Shown: positions 1-12,771 of the stretch, piece by piece
Layout of the letters: every line of letters begins with the position of its first letter
Position numbering within the stretch: the stretch's first letter is position 1
NCBI GenBank assembly: GCA_046563655.1
Contig: CM102290.1
Span: 10,292,001-10,356,000 of the forward strand
DNA length: 64,000 nt
Direction: 5' to 3'
Origin: Yuukianura sp. NJ FZ-2021
Lineage: Eukaryota
Program-made: the position numbers and the translations under genes
Notes under the pieces: model-generated
What the model saw: the letters and a program-made list of their open reading frames with translations, nothing else
Database searches by the model: none
What the model was told of the DNA's origin: nothing

Positions 1-468
1 GTCGATCAGCAACTCCTCCAGGAATAATCCTAGAGATGTAGATGGGAGAGTTCTGTTCCCTTCCACCCATGACATTGAATCCTAGTCCTTCATCCGTCTT
101 TGGAAGTTCGACCACACGGGGATGAGCATGACCTTCACTGGCAGCGAACGCAGCAACTGTGGCCTTTGCTGTCGCTGACGCTCGGATGTCCGGTGACCCT
201 TGAATGTCAACCGTTTCATATACGTGTTCGTAAACTTCTCTGACTGCATTGAAAAAATCACTCTGCAGTACTTTCTGTAGGGCCGATAACTTAGTAGCAG
301 GAACTTCGCCGCTCTTCTGTAAAATATCTAGTAGCTCCACAGCCCTTTTCACATCTAAAACATAAAACAGTAACATAAACAACGTTCAACAGTTTTCCAG
401 CATGTTTACTAAAGCTTGCCCCGCCCATTTTCCCATAACCTACCTTTCGCTAGTGATAACTGTTCCAT
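1..468 (-). CDS. lin-7: Lin-7/Veli/MALS L27-PDZ scaffold protein, 5' part (gene runs off the window start)
   Basis: Exon 468-444 (MEQLSLAK) is spliced via a GT-AG intron to 354-1, which reads [51 protein letters not shown]...[58 protein letters not shown]. This is the Lin-7 L27 plus PDZ signature. Confidence 0.97.
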
Positions 469-1237
469 TCTTCGTCAACTGTAAGTGTGCCAGGCAGGTA
501 TAGTAGATGACTCCTTAGTACCTACTAATCACGATTAAAATGACCTCCGGAGGTCACCAGAAACTGACTAAACAAGGACAGGAATAATGAATTTGTGAAG
601 TTGGAGTTTGAGCTGAATGACAAATGACAGAAGTGAGAAGTTGAATTAGGTTTCCTCCCTCCACTCAACTCACCAGACCTGTTTGTCTTCTCATACAGAA
701 ACGTTTAAACCAAATCACGGAGTTGATTTGTCAACTTAATTCGTGGCAATTCAATTGTCAATTATTTCCTTAATCCGATGGCATCGTTTTTTTATTTCGA
801 TGTTAATTGTCATTCCTAAATATGGGCCAACTCCTCAACTCCGGTCCATAATCCCCTATCCATTGAAAACAACGTTCGGATTTCTCTCAAAGATGATTGA
901 AAGATTGAATCTAAAACCTAACCAAACAAAGTCGAAAAGAAAAACTTGCCATCTTATTATTAATGCCATTATCGACTGTAGTCGACAGCATTACAACATT
1001 CATCAAAAGATTATGCAAAGTGGACGAGGTCAGAGGTGAGGTCACGCTCACACGATGTTGAGGTCACAGAGAGTGGAACCCTTTCTCAAAGTAAACAAAC
1101 CAAGCAAGCCCGCGAAGTCGTTTAAAAAGGCAAATGTGTGTTGGACGCCGCAAATATGTGGGTGCGAATCCAGAGTTCGCTAGTGAAAAGGGGGTGACAA
1201 TTCACCAGATACTTGTTTCTAGATCCGGTAAATACCA

Positions 1238-1868
1238 GGCCAGGTCTAAAAGGCTGAAATTTTGGAGGCAAGTTGAGACGTGTTAAGGGCATGGGAAAAA
1301 GGCTGAAATGGGGTACCTTGTGACACACAGACAGCATGGCTAAAAGGCTGAAATTTTTCGATCGAGAAAAGGCTGAAATGGGGCAGAGTGAGATTCCTTG
1401 GAAAGTTAAGCACCATGACGGAGAAAGTTCAATAAATCAGAAATTGAGTGGGGCAACGTGAGATTCCTTTACGAAAACTAAGATAATTCATGGAGAAAGT
1501 TCAATAAATCAGAAATTGAGTGGGGCAACGTGAGATTCATGTAGAAAACTTAGATAATTCATGGAGAAAGTTCAATAAATCAGAAATTGAGTGGGGCAAC
1601 GTGAGATTCGTGTAGAAAACTAAGAAACTTCGTTCGCATTGTTCAAATTACTAACAAATTGCATGTGGTAGTGTGAGATTGCCTTGGAAAAGTAGGAAAC
1701 TTGTTTCACACATTGTCCAACAAAGTAATAAATGTCTTGGGGCATGGCGAGATTCTCTTCTTAAGGTACATTGTTCCCAGAAGAAAACAAAACCACTACA
1801 GTTTCTGACTGCAGTCGTCATCAGTACCCTGCATCACGGTAGACCGTAGTGCAATGGTCCCGTTGTAT
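1238..1868 (+). repeat. Left terminal inverted repeat (~630 bp), internally repetitive
   Basis: Four AAAAGGCTGAAAT motifs (~1248, 1297, 1342, 1367), then ~71-bp subrepeats (GGAGAAAGTTCAATAAATCAGAAATTGAGTGGGGCAACGTGAGATTC at 1420, 1492, 1563). Confidence 0.9.
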
Positions 1869-4800
1869 ACTATGCATCAGAGTTGGTGACCAGTGACTAA
1901 CTTAATCTTTTTAACGTGACAAAATTTTGAAAAATTCACTGTTACACTTACTTTTCGAGGAAAAGGAATTTTGAAAAATTCAGCTGAAATTCAACTTTTG
2001 GATATATTTGCCTTGCCGTGGATTCAGGCGTACTCTACCGTATTGAAATGTTGGTCTCGTGAAAAATTGACCTGTTCTCTAACTTTTTGACGTGTCCAAA
2101 TTTTTAAAATTTACTTGCACACTTACTTTTTGAGGAATTGGAATTTTGAAAAATTCAGCTGAAATTCAACTTTTGGATATATTTGCCTTGCCGTGGATTC
2201 AGGCGTACTCTACCGTATTGAAATGTTGGTCTCGTGAAAAATTGACCTGTTCTCTAACTTTTTGACGTGTCCAAATTTTTAAAATTTACTTGTACACTTA
2301 CTTTTTGAGGAATTGGAATTTTGAAAAATTCAGCTGAAATTCAACTTTTGGATATATTTGCCTTGCCGTGGATTCAGGCGTACTCTACCGTATTGAAATG
2401 TTGGTCTCGTGAAAAATTGACCTGTTCTCTAACTTTTTGACGTGTCCAAATTTTTAAAATTTACTTGTACACTTACTTTTTGAGGAATTGGAATTTTGAA
2501 AAATTCAGCTGAAATTCAACTTTTGGATATATTTGCCTTGCCGTGGATTCAGGCGTACTCTACCGTATTGAAATGTTGGTCTCGTAAAAAATTGACCTGT
2601 TCTCTAACTTTTTGACGTGTCCAAATTTTTAAAATTTACTTGCACACTTACTTTTTGAGGAATTGGAATTTTGAAAAATTCAGCTGAAATTCAACTTTTG
2701 GATATATTTGCCTTGCCGTGGATTCAGGCGTACTCTACCGTATTGAAATGTTGGTCTCGTGAAAAATTGACCTGTTCTCTAACTTTTTGACGTGTCCAAA
2801 TTTTTAAAATTTACTTGTACACTTACTTTTTGAGGAATTGGAATTTTGAAAAATTCAGCTGAAATTCAACTTTTGGATATATTTGCCTTGCCGTGGATTC
2901 AGGCGTACTCTACCGTATTGAAATGTTGGTCTCGTGAAAAATTGACCTGTTCTCTAACTTTTTGACGTGTCCAAATTTTTAAAATTTACTTGCACACTTA
3001 CTTTTTGAGGAATTGGAATTTTGAAAAATTCAGCTGAAATTCAACTTTTGGATATATTTGCCTTGCCGTGGATTCAGGCGTACTCTACCGTATTGAAATG
3101 TTGGTCTCGTGAAAAATTGACCTGTTCTCTAACTTTTTGACGTGTCCAAATTTTTAAAATTTACTTGTACACTTACTTTTTGAGGAATTGGAATTTTGAA
3201 AAATTCAGCTGAAATTCAACTTTTGGATATATTTGCCTTGCCGTGGATTCAGGCGTACTCTACCGTATTGAAATGTTGGTCTCGTGAAAAATTGACCTGT
3301 TCTCTAACTTTTTGACGTGTCCAAATTTTTAAAATTTACTTGTACACTTACTTTTTGAGGAATTGGAATTTTGAAAAATTCAGCTGAAATTCAACTTTTG
3401 GATATATTTGCCTTGCCGTGGATTCAGGCGTACTCTACCGTATTGAAATGTTGGTCTCGTAAAAAATTGACCTGTTCTCTAACTTTTTGACGTGTCCAAA
3501 TTTTTAAAATTTACTTGCACACTTACTTTTTGAGGAATTGGAATTTTGAAAAATTCAGCTGAAATTCAACTTTTGGATATATTTGCCTTGCCGTGGATTC
3601 AGGCGTACTCTACCGTATTGAAATGTTGGTCTTGTGAAAAATTGACCTGTTCTCTAACTTTTTGACGTGTCCAAATTTTTAAAATTTACTTGTACACTTA
3701 CTTTTTGAGGAATTGGAATTTTGAAAAATTCAGCTGAAATTCAACTTTTGGATATATTTGCCTTGCCGTGGATTCAGGCGTACTCTACCGTATTGAAATG
3801 TTGGTCTCGTGAAAAATTGACCTGTTCTCTAACTTTTTGACGTGTCCAAATTTTTAAAATTGACCTGCTCTCTAACTTTTTGACGTGTCCAAATTTTTAA
3901 AATTTACTTGTACACTTACTTTTTGAGGAATTGGAATTTTGAAAAATTCAGCTGAAATTCAACTTTTGGATATATTTGCCTTGCCGTGGATTCAGGCGTA
4001 CTCTACCGTATTGAAATGTTGGTCTCGTGAAAAATTGACCTGTTCTCTAACTTTTTGACGTGTCCAAATTTTTAAAATTTACTTGTACACTTACTTTTTG
4101 AGGAATTGGAATTTTGAAAAATTCAGCTGAAATTCAACTTTTGGATATATTTGCCTTGCCGTGGATTCAGGCGTACTCTACCGTATTGAAATGTTGGTCT
4201 CGTGAAAAATTGACCTGTTCTCTAACTTTTTGACGTGTCCAAATTTTTAAAATTTACTTGTACACTTACTTTTTGAGGAATTGGAATTTTGAAAAATTCA
4301 GCTGAAATTCAACTTTTGGATATATTTGCCTTGCCGTGGATTCAGGCGTACTCTACCGTATTGAAATGTTGGTCTCGTGAAAAATTGACCTGATCTCTAA
4401 CTTTTTGACGTGTCCAAATTTTTAAAATTTACTTGTACACTTACTTTTTGAGGAATTGGAATTTTGAAAAATTCAGCTGAAATTCAACTTTTGGATATAT
4501 TTGCCTTGCCGTGGATTCAGGCGTACTCTACCGTATTGAAATGTTGGTCTCGTGAAAAATTGACCTGTTCTCTAACTTTTTGACGTGTCCAAATTTTTAA
4601 AATTTACTTGTACACTTACTTTTTGAGGAATTGGAATTTTGAAAAATTCAGCTGAAATTCAACTTTTGGATATATTTGCCTTGCCGTGGATTCAGGCGTA
4701 CTCTACCGTATTGAAATGTTGGTCTCGTGAAAAATTGACCTGTTCTCTAACTTTTTGACGTGTCCAAATTTTTAAAATTTACTTGTACACTTACTTTTTG

Positions 4801-6574
4801 AGGAATTGGAATTTTGAAAAATTCAGCTGAAATTCAACTTTTGGATATATTTGCCTTGCCGTGGATTCAGGCGTACTCTACCGTATTGAAATGTTGGTCT
4901 CGTGAAAAATTGACCTGATCTCTAACTTTTTGACGTGTCCAAATTTTTAAAATTTACTTGTACACTTACTTTTTGAGGAATTGGAATTTTGAAAAATTCA
5001 GCTGAAATTCAACTTTTGGATATATTTGCCTTGCCCTGGATTCAGGCGTACTCTACCGTATTGAAATGTTGGTCTCGTAAAAAATTGACCTGCTCTCTAA
5101 CTTTTTGACGTGTCCAAATTTTTAAAATTTACTTGTACACTTACTTTTTGAGGAATTGGAATTTTGAAAAATTCGGCTGAAATTCAACTTTTGGATATAT
5201 TTGCCTTGCCGTGGATTCAGGCGTACTCTACCGTATTGAAATGTTGGTCTTGTGAAAAATTGACCTGTTCTCTAACTTTTTGACGTGTCCAAATTTTTAA
5301 AATTTACTTGTACACTTACTTTTTGAGGAATTGGAATTTTGAAAAATTCAGCTGAAATTCAACTTTTGGATATATTTGCCTTGCCGTGGATTCAGGCGTA
5401 CTCTACCGTATTGAAATGTTGGTCTCGTGAAAAATTGACCTGTTCTCTAACTTTTTGACGTGTCCAAATTTTTAAAATTTACTTGTACACTTACTTTTTG
5501 AGGAATTGGAATTTTGAAAAATTCGGCTGAAATTCAACTTTTGGATATATTTGCCTTGCCGTGGATTCAGGCGTACTCTACCGTATTGAAATGTTGGTCT
5601 CGTGAAAAATTGACCTGTTCTCTAACTTTTTGACGTGTCCAAATTTTTAAAATTTACTTGCACACTTACTTTTTGAGGAATTGGAATTTTGAAAAATTCA
5701 GCTGAAATTCAACTTTTGGATATATTTGCCTTGCCGTGGATTCAGGCGTACTCTACCGTATTGAAATGTTGGTCTCGTGAAAAATTGACCTGTTCTCTAA
5801 CTTTTTGACGTGTCCAAATTTTTAAAATTTACTTGTACACTTACTTTTTGAGGAATTGGAATTTTGAAAAATTCGGCTGAAATTCAACTTTTGGATATAT
5901 TTGCCTTGCCGTGGATTCAGGCGTACTCTACCGTATTGAAATGTTGGTCTCGTGAAAAATTGACCTGTTCTCTAACTTTTTGACGTGTCCAAATTTTTAA
6001 AATTTACTTGCACACTTACTTTTTGAGGAATTGGAATTTTGAAAAATTCAGCTGAAATTCAACTTTTGGATATATTTGCCTTGCCGTGGATTCAGGCGTA
6101 CTCTACCGTATTGAAATGTTGGTCTCGTGAAAAATTGACCTGTTCTCTAACTTTTTGACGTGTCCAAATTTTTAAAATTTACTTGCACACTTAGGGTCGT
6201 ATGCTTAATGCCAAAGTCAAAGTAAGGTTTGACCATGGTTCACCTAACCAGGGCCTAACCTTAACCCCTGGGTCAAAGTTATTTTCATATTTTTAATGAA
6301 AAAGTGAACCGAGGCTAGCTAACCTGACGGTCAAAGTCAGGTTAACCGAAGGTTAGTTTCCACTTGTCATATTTTCCTTCACCTATTCAGTTCAGCAGTA
6401 GTGGTAAAAAAATGTGACAACTAGAATTTACTAACTAATCGCAGCTGTGTGTGAAATTGAAATCTGTAGATATTGCAAAACCGAAGTCATTACTAATTTT
6501 TTCTAATTTTTACTTCATTTTGCTAATTCATAATTATTAAATAACTATCTCTAATAATAGCAAAACAGTTAGGT

Positions 6575-7290
6575 AGTGACTCTGAAAACGAAAATTCCCA
6601 GCTGGAAGAAGAAGTTGGAAGCTGTTCGTGGGTAGTGAAGGCTAAACCATTTTCTGAATACGAAAAGACTTTGCTACTCAAGTTACAGTGGTAACTGAGC
6701 ACAAGCAATCATTGAGGACAAACGAACAGACTACGGAACAACCAATAAGAGAAAAGAAATCTGGACAAAAATTAGCTCAAAATTTTCGAGTGACAATGGT
6801 GTCCAGAAGCGGTCAGCACTTCAATTGAAGAACTGGTGGTTGAACTCCAAGAAACGGGCAAAAAAAGACGTACGGCATGATATCTTAAATTCTGTTTTGG
6901 AAGTTAGTGTAATTCAGATCATTGGATTTAATATTTTTCTTTTAACATCAAAAATAGGTTTCAACACATCGTAAAAAACTTTACAAAACTGGAGGTGGAA
7001 AGAAAACGCCGGACTTGAAACCAGAAACAATACGGATTATGTCTCTCGTCGTCTCGTCCCAAGCCAAATGAAATCGTTGGAAAACAAATTGGATTCGGAT
7101 GGAGCGTATGGTAATTTTTAAATTTTTACTTCAGCGATTGCTTTGTATGTTTTTAACAAACTCCGTATTATAAATTTTATTTAATATTTCAGACAATCTC
7201 AATAATATGGACGTTGCAAACGATGTCAACAGCATGAACGAGGGTAGAAATTCAGTTGAACAACAACAAGAAACGAACAGACGCAGCTTC
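6575..7290 (+). pseudogene. Harbinger Myb/SANT-like DNA-binding protein, frameshifted and 3'-truncated (copy 1)
   Basis: Reads KPFSEYEKTLLLKL / IIEDKRTDYGTTNKRKEIWTKISSKFSSDNGVQKRSALQLKNWWLNSKKRAKKD, then after an intron VSTHRKKLYKTGGGKKTP. The TGGG motif is typical of Harbinger Myb/SANT ORFs. The frame is disrupted near 6685-6710. Boundaries are approximate. Confidence 0.85.
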
Positions 7291-7701
7291 TGGAAACGAG
7301 GGGAACTTGACATATTCTGGCAACATTTTGGCAATAACTTTTGAGACTCGGTTGATCAATCGAGATACTGTGGATTGATTCAGAGCAGAGTAATCTCCGA
7401 TTAGGTTTTGAAAGCTTCCGGTACAATAGAATCGTAGGACGGCCAAAAATTGAATTGTTGGAGGTAGTTGACAACCTTTTTTTTGTTCACTGACTAATTC
7501 CGGAGCAATTAATAAACGTATCACATAGTTCGCAGTATCTTTGAACATATGATACCTTTTTTTAAATTCAACTTCATTGTAAAATTCTAGGGGATTTTCA
7601 CGATCCTCCAATCTGATCAACGGTACTTTTCTGATTAGTTGATGACGCTGGAGTCGTCTACAAAGTCGTCTTAAGCGAGAAAATGAAGTTTCATTAGCCA
7701 T
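7252..7701 (-). pseudogene. Harbinger (HARBI1-like) transposase, N-terminal HTH only, DDE domain deleted (copy 1)
   Basis: ORF FKKRYHMFKDT...LPPTIQFLAVLRFYCTGSFQNLIGDYSALNQSTVSRLINRVSKVIA...YVKFP. Homology stops before the first catalytic GxIDxTH motif. Confidence 0.92.
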
Positions 7702-9286
7702 TATTTTTTTTTAAAGTAAAATTTCTAAAATTTCGGAAGAAACTGATCGCTAACCCTACCCCCTGACCAGGGTTAGATTTTTGAACTCGGGTTACGGTTC
7801 ACTCAGCTTACCAAGGGTCACATTTTCGATTAAACATACGAAATCATAACTTTTACTCGAGGGTAAAAGTTGAGTTGACCACGGGTTGAACCATTGGTCA
7901 AAGTAACTTGAAAACTTCATTAAACATATGAAAACCTTACTTTGAACTGTGAGTCAAGGTAAGGTTACGGTAACTTTGGCATTAAGCATACGACCCTTAC
8001 TTTTTGAGGAATTGGAATTTTGAAAAATTCAGCTGAAATTCAACTTTTGGATATATTTGCCTTGCCGTGGATTCAGGCGTACTCTACCGTATTGAAATGT
8101 TGGTCTTGTGAAAAATTGACCTGTTCTCTAACTTTTTGACGTGTCCAAATTTTTAAAATTTACTTGTACACTTACTTTTTGAGGAATTGGAATTTTGAAA
8201 AATTCAGCTGAAATTCAACTTTTGGATATATTTGCCTTGCCGTGGATTCAGGCGTACTCTACCGTATTGAAATGTTGGTCTCGTGAAAAATTGACCTGAT
8301 CTCTAACTTTTTGACGTGTCCAAATTTTTAAAATTTACCTGTACACTTACTTTTTGAGGAATTGGAATTTTGAAAAATTCAGCTGAAATTCAACTTTTGG
8401 ATATATTTGCCTTGCCGTGGATTCAGGCGTACTCTACCGTATTGAAATGTTGGTCTCGTGAAAAATTGACCTGATCTCTAACTTTTTGACGTGTCCAAAT
8501 TTTTAAAATTTACCTGTACACTTACTTTTTGAGGAATTGGAATTTTGAAAAATTCAGCTGAAATTCAACTTTTGGATATATTTGCCTTGCCGTGGATTCA
8601 GGCGTACTCTACCGTATTGAAATGTTGGTCTCGTGAAAAATTGACCTGTTCTCTAACTTTTTGACGTGTCCAAATTTTTAAAATTTACTTGTACACTTAC
8701 TTTTTGAGGAATTGGAATTTTGAAAAATTCAGCTGAAATTCAACTTTTGGATATATTTGCCTTGCCGTGGATTCAGGCGTACTCTACCGTATTGAAATGT
8801 TGGTCTCGTGAAAAATTGACCTGTTCTCTAACTTTTTGACGTGTCCAAATTTTTAAAATTTACCTGTACACTTACTTTTTGAGGAATTGGAATTTTGAAA
8901 AATTCAGCTGAAATTCAACTTTTGGATATATTTGCCTTGCCGTGGATTCAGGCGTACTCTACCGTATTGAAATGTTGGTCTCGTGAAAAATTGACCTGTT
9001 CTCTAACTTTTTGACGTGTCCAAATTTTTAAAATTTACTTGCACACTTACTTTTTGAGGAATTGGAATTTTGAAAAATTCAGCTGAAATTCAACTTTTGG
9101 ATATATTTGCCTTGCCCTGGATTCAGGCGTACTCTACCGTATTGAAATGTTGGTCTCGTGAAAAATTGACCTGCTCTCTAACTTTTTGACGTGTCCAAAT
9201 TTTTAAAATTTACTTGTACACTTACTTTTTGAGGAATTGGAATTTTGAAAAATTCAGCTGAAATTCAACTTTTGGATATATTTGCC

Positions 9287-9557
9287 CAAGGTAAATAGAA
9301 TACTTATAGGTACGGTTGTTGAAAATTGTTTTTTCAAAACTGAGTTGCTATGGGATTTCTTTGACTCCGAGTTCACTCATTTACAGTGTTGTTCAAAATT
9401 TTCAGCATTTTAGTCTCAATACTTTCGCCGCAAACTTAAAAATAGCTTAAAAACTCGGATGAACCTGTATTTTCACTCGGAGTGACGTCACTGTGAGTGA
9501 AATTGTAAACAAATAAAGAATCGGTTTTGGTCGCTAAGGCATTTTTGCCGCCCCCTG
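9287..9557. mobile_element. 271-bp non-coding insertion with target-site duplication (copy 1)
   Basis: Interrupts a satellite monomer. ATATTTGCC is duplicated at 9278-9286 and 9558-9566. Termini are CAAGGTAAATAG...GCCGCCCCCTG. Confidence 0.75.
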
Positions 9558-10060
9558 ATATTTGCCTTGCCGTGGATTCAGGCGTACTCTACCGTATTGA
9601 AATGTTGGTCTCGTGAAAAATTGACCTGTTCTCTAACTTTTTGACGTGTCCAAATTTTTAAAATTTACTTGCACACTTAGGGTCGTATGCTTAATGCCAA
9701 AGTCAAAGTAAGGTTTGACCATGGTTCACCTAACCAGGGCCTAACCTTAACCCCTGGGTCAAAGTTATTTTCATATTTTTAATGAAAAAGTGAACCGAGG
9801 CTAGCTAACCTGACGGTCAAAGTCAGGTTAACCGAAGGTTAGTTTCCACTTGTCATATTTTCCTTCACCTATTCAGTTCAGCAGTAGTGGTAAAAAAATG
9901 TGACAACTAGAATTTACTAACTAATCGCAGCTGTGTGTGAAATTGAAATCTGTAGATATTGCAAAACCGAAGTCATTACTAATTTTTTCTAATTTTTACT
10001 TCATTTTGCTAATTCATAATTATTAAATAACTATCTCTAATAATAGCAAAACAGTTAGGT

Positions 10061-10775
10061 AGTGACTCTGAAAACGAAAATTCCCAGCTGGAAGAAGAAG
10101 TTGGAAGCTGTTCGTGGGTAGTGAAGGCTAAACCATTTTCTGAATACGAAAAGACTTTGCTACTCAAGTTACAGTGGTAACTGAGCACAAGCAATCATTG
10201 AGGACAAACGAACAGACTACGGAACAACCAATAAGAGAAAAGAAATCTGGACAAAAATTAGCTCAAAATTTTCGAGTGACAATGGTGTCCAGAAGCGGTC
10301 AGCACTTCAATTGAAGAACTGGTGGTTGAACTCCAAGAAACGGGCAAAAAAGACGTACGGCATGATATCTTAAATTCTGTTTTGGAAGTTAGTGTAATTC
10401 AGATCATTGGATTTAATATTATTCTTTTAACATCAAAAATAGGTTTCAACACATCGTAAAAAACTTTACAAAACTGGAGGTGGAAAGAAAACGCCGGACT
10501 TGAAACCAGAAACAATACGGATTATGTCTCTCGTCGTCTCGTCCCAAGCCAAATGAAATCGTTGGAAAACAAATTGGATTCGGATGGAGCGTATGGTAAT
10601 TTTTAAATTTTTACTTCAGCGATTGCTTTGTATGTTTTTAACAAACTCCGTATTATAAATTTTATTTAATATTTCAGACAATCTCAATAATATGGACGTT
10701 GCAAACGATGTCAACAGCATGAACGAGGGTAGAAATTCAGTTGAACAACAACAAGAAACGAACAGACGCAGCTTC
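10061..10775 (+). pseudogene. Harbinger Myb/SANT-like gene remnant (copy 2)
   Basis: Near-identical to 6575-7290. Confidence 0.85.
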
Positions 10776-11186
10776 TGGAAACGAGGGGAACTTGACATAT
10801 TCTGGCAACATTTTGGCAATAACTTTTGAGACTCGGTTGATCAATCGAGATACTGTGGATTGATTCAGAGCAGAGTAATCTCCGATTAGGTTTTGAAAGC
10901 TTCCGGTACAATAGAATCGTAGGACGGCCAAAAATTGAATTGTTGGAGGTAGTTGACAACCTTTTTTTTGTTCACTGACTAATTCCGGAGCAATTAATAA
11001 ACGTATCACATAGCTCGCAGTATCTTTGAACATATGATACCTTTTTTTAAACTCAACTTCATTGTAAAATTCTAGGGGATTTTCACGATCCTCCAATCTG
11101 ATCAACGGTACTTTTCTGATTAGTTGATGACGCTGGAGTCGTCTACAAAGTCGTCTTAAGCGAGAAAATGAAGTTTCATTAGCCAT
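10737..11186 (-). pseudogene. Harbinger transposase N-terminal remnant (copy 2)
   Basis: 149-aa ORF identical to copy 1 except one N to S change (DTANY vs DTASY). Confidence 0.92.
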
Positions 11187-12771
11187 TATTTTTTTTTAAA
11201 GTAAAATTTCTAAAATTTCGGAAGAAACTGATCGCTAACCCTACCCCCTGACCAGGGTTAGATTTTTGAACTCGGGTTACGGTTCACTCAGCTTACCAAG
11301 GGTCACATTTTCGATTAAACATACGAAATCATAACTTTTACTCGAGGGTAAAAGTTGAGTTGACCACGGGTTGAACCATTGGTCAAAGTAACTTGAAAAC
11401 TTCATTAAACATATGAAAACCTTACTTTGAACTGTGAGTCAAGGTAAGGTTACGGTAACTTTGGCATTAAGCATACGACCCTTACTTTTTGAGGAATTGG
11501 AATTTTGAAAAATTCAGCTGAAATTCAACTTTTGGATATATTTGCCTTGCCGTGGATTCAGGCGTACTCTACCGTATTGAAATGTTGGTCTCGTGAAAAA
11601 TTGACCTGTTCTCTAACTTTTTGACGTGTCCAAATTTTTAAAATTTACTTGTACACTTACTTTTTGAGGAATTGGAATTTTGAAAAATTCAGCTGAAATT
11701 CAACTTTTGGATATATTTGCCTTGCCGTGGATTCAGGCGTACTCTACCGTATTGAAATGTTGGTCTCGTGAAAAATTGACCTGATCTCTAACTTTTTGAC
11801 GTGTCCAAATTTTTAAAATTTACCTGTACACTTACTTTTTGAGGAATTGGAATTTTGAAAAATTCAGCTGAAATTCAACTTTTGGATATATTTGCCTTGC
11901 CGTGGATTCAGGCGTACTCTACCGTATTGAAATGTTGGTCTCGTGAAAAATTGACCTGTTCTCTAACTTTTTGACGTGTCCAAATTTTTAAAATTTACCT
12001 GTACACTTACTTTTTGAGGAATTGGAATTTTGAAAAATTCAGCTGAAATTCAACTTTTGGATATATTTGCCTTGCCGTGGATTCAGGCGTACTCTACCGT
12101 ATTGAAATGTTGGTCTCGTGAAAAATTGACCTGTTCTCTAACTTTTTGACGTGTCCAAATTTTTAAAATTTACTTGTACACTTACTTTTTGAGGAATTGG
12201 AATTTTGAAAAATTCAGCTGAAATTCAACTTTTGGATATATTTGCCTTGCCGTGGATTCAGGCGTACTCTACCGTATTGAAATGTTGGTCTCGTGAAAAA
12301 TTGACCTGTTCTCTAACTTTTTGACGTGTCCAAATTTTTAAAATTTACTTGTACACTTACTTTTTGAGGAATTGGAATTTTGAAAAATTCAGCTGAAATT
12401 CAACTTTTGGATATATTTGCCTTGCCGTGGATTCAGGCGTACTCTACCGTATTGAAATGTTGGTCTCGTGAAAAATTGACCTGTTCTCTAACTTTTTGAC
12501 GTGTCCAAATTTTTAAAATTTACTTGTACACTTACTTTTTGAGGAATTGGAATTTTGAAAAATTCAGCTGAAATTCAACTTTTGGATATATTTGCCTTGC
12601 CCTGGATTCAGGCGTACTCTACCGTATTGAAATGTTGGTCTCGTGAAAAATTGACCTGCTCTCTAACTTTTTGACGTGTCCAAATTTTTAAAATTTACTT
12701 GTACACTTACTTTTTGAGGAATTGGAATTTTGAAAAATTCAGCTGAAATTCAACTTTTGGATATATTTGCC

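Larger units (their letters stand above)
6194..7996. mobile_element. PIF/Harbinger DNA transposon, internally deleted (copy 1, 1803 bp)
   Basis: Perfect 24-bp TIR GGGTCGTATGCTTAATGCCAAAGT. TTA TSD at 6191-6193 and 7997-7999. Contains convergent Myb/SANT and transposase gene remnants. Confidence 0.96.
9680..11481. mobile_element. PIF/Harbinger deletion derivative (copy 2, 1802 bp)
   Basis: Same TIRs, same TTA TSD (9677-9679, 11482-11484), same monomer position and same lesions as copy 1. It differs by a few SNPs and a 1-bp indel. Confidence 0.96.

Noticed and set aside
743..1337. ORFs 743-1039 and 1122-1337 as genes or as the missing Twinkle N-terminus
   Set aside because: No recognisable motifs. 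The first has a non-ATG start and the second overlaps the TIR.
9680..11481. Independent site-specific second Harbinger insertion into the satellite
   Set aside because: The co-duplicated 271-bp element, identical spacing and shared monomer variants are better explained by one insertion followed by segmental duplication.
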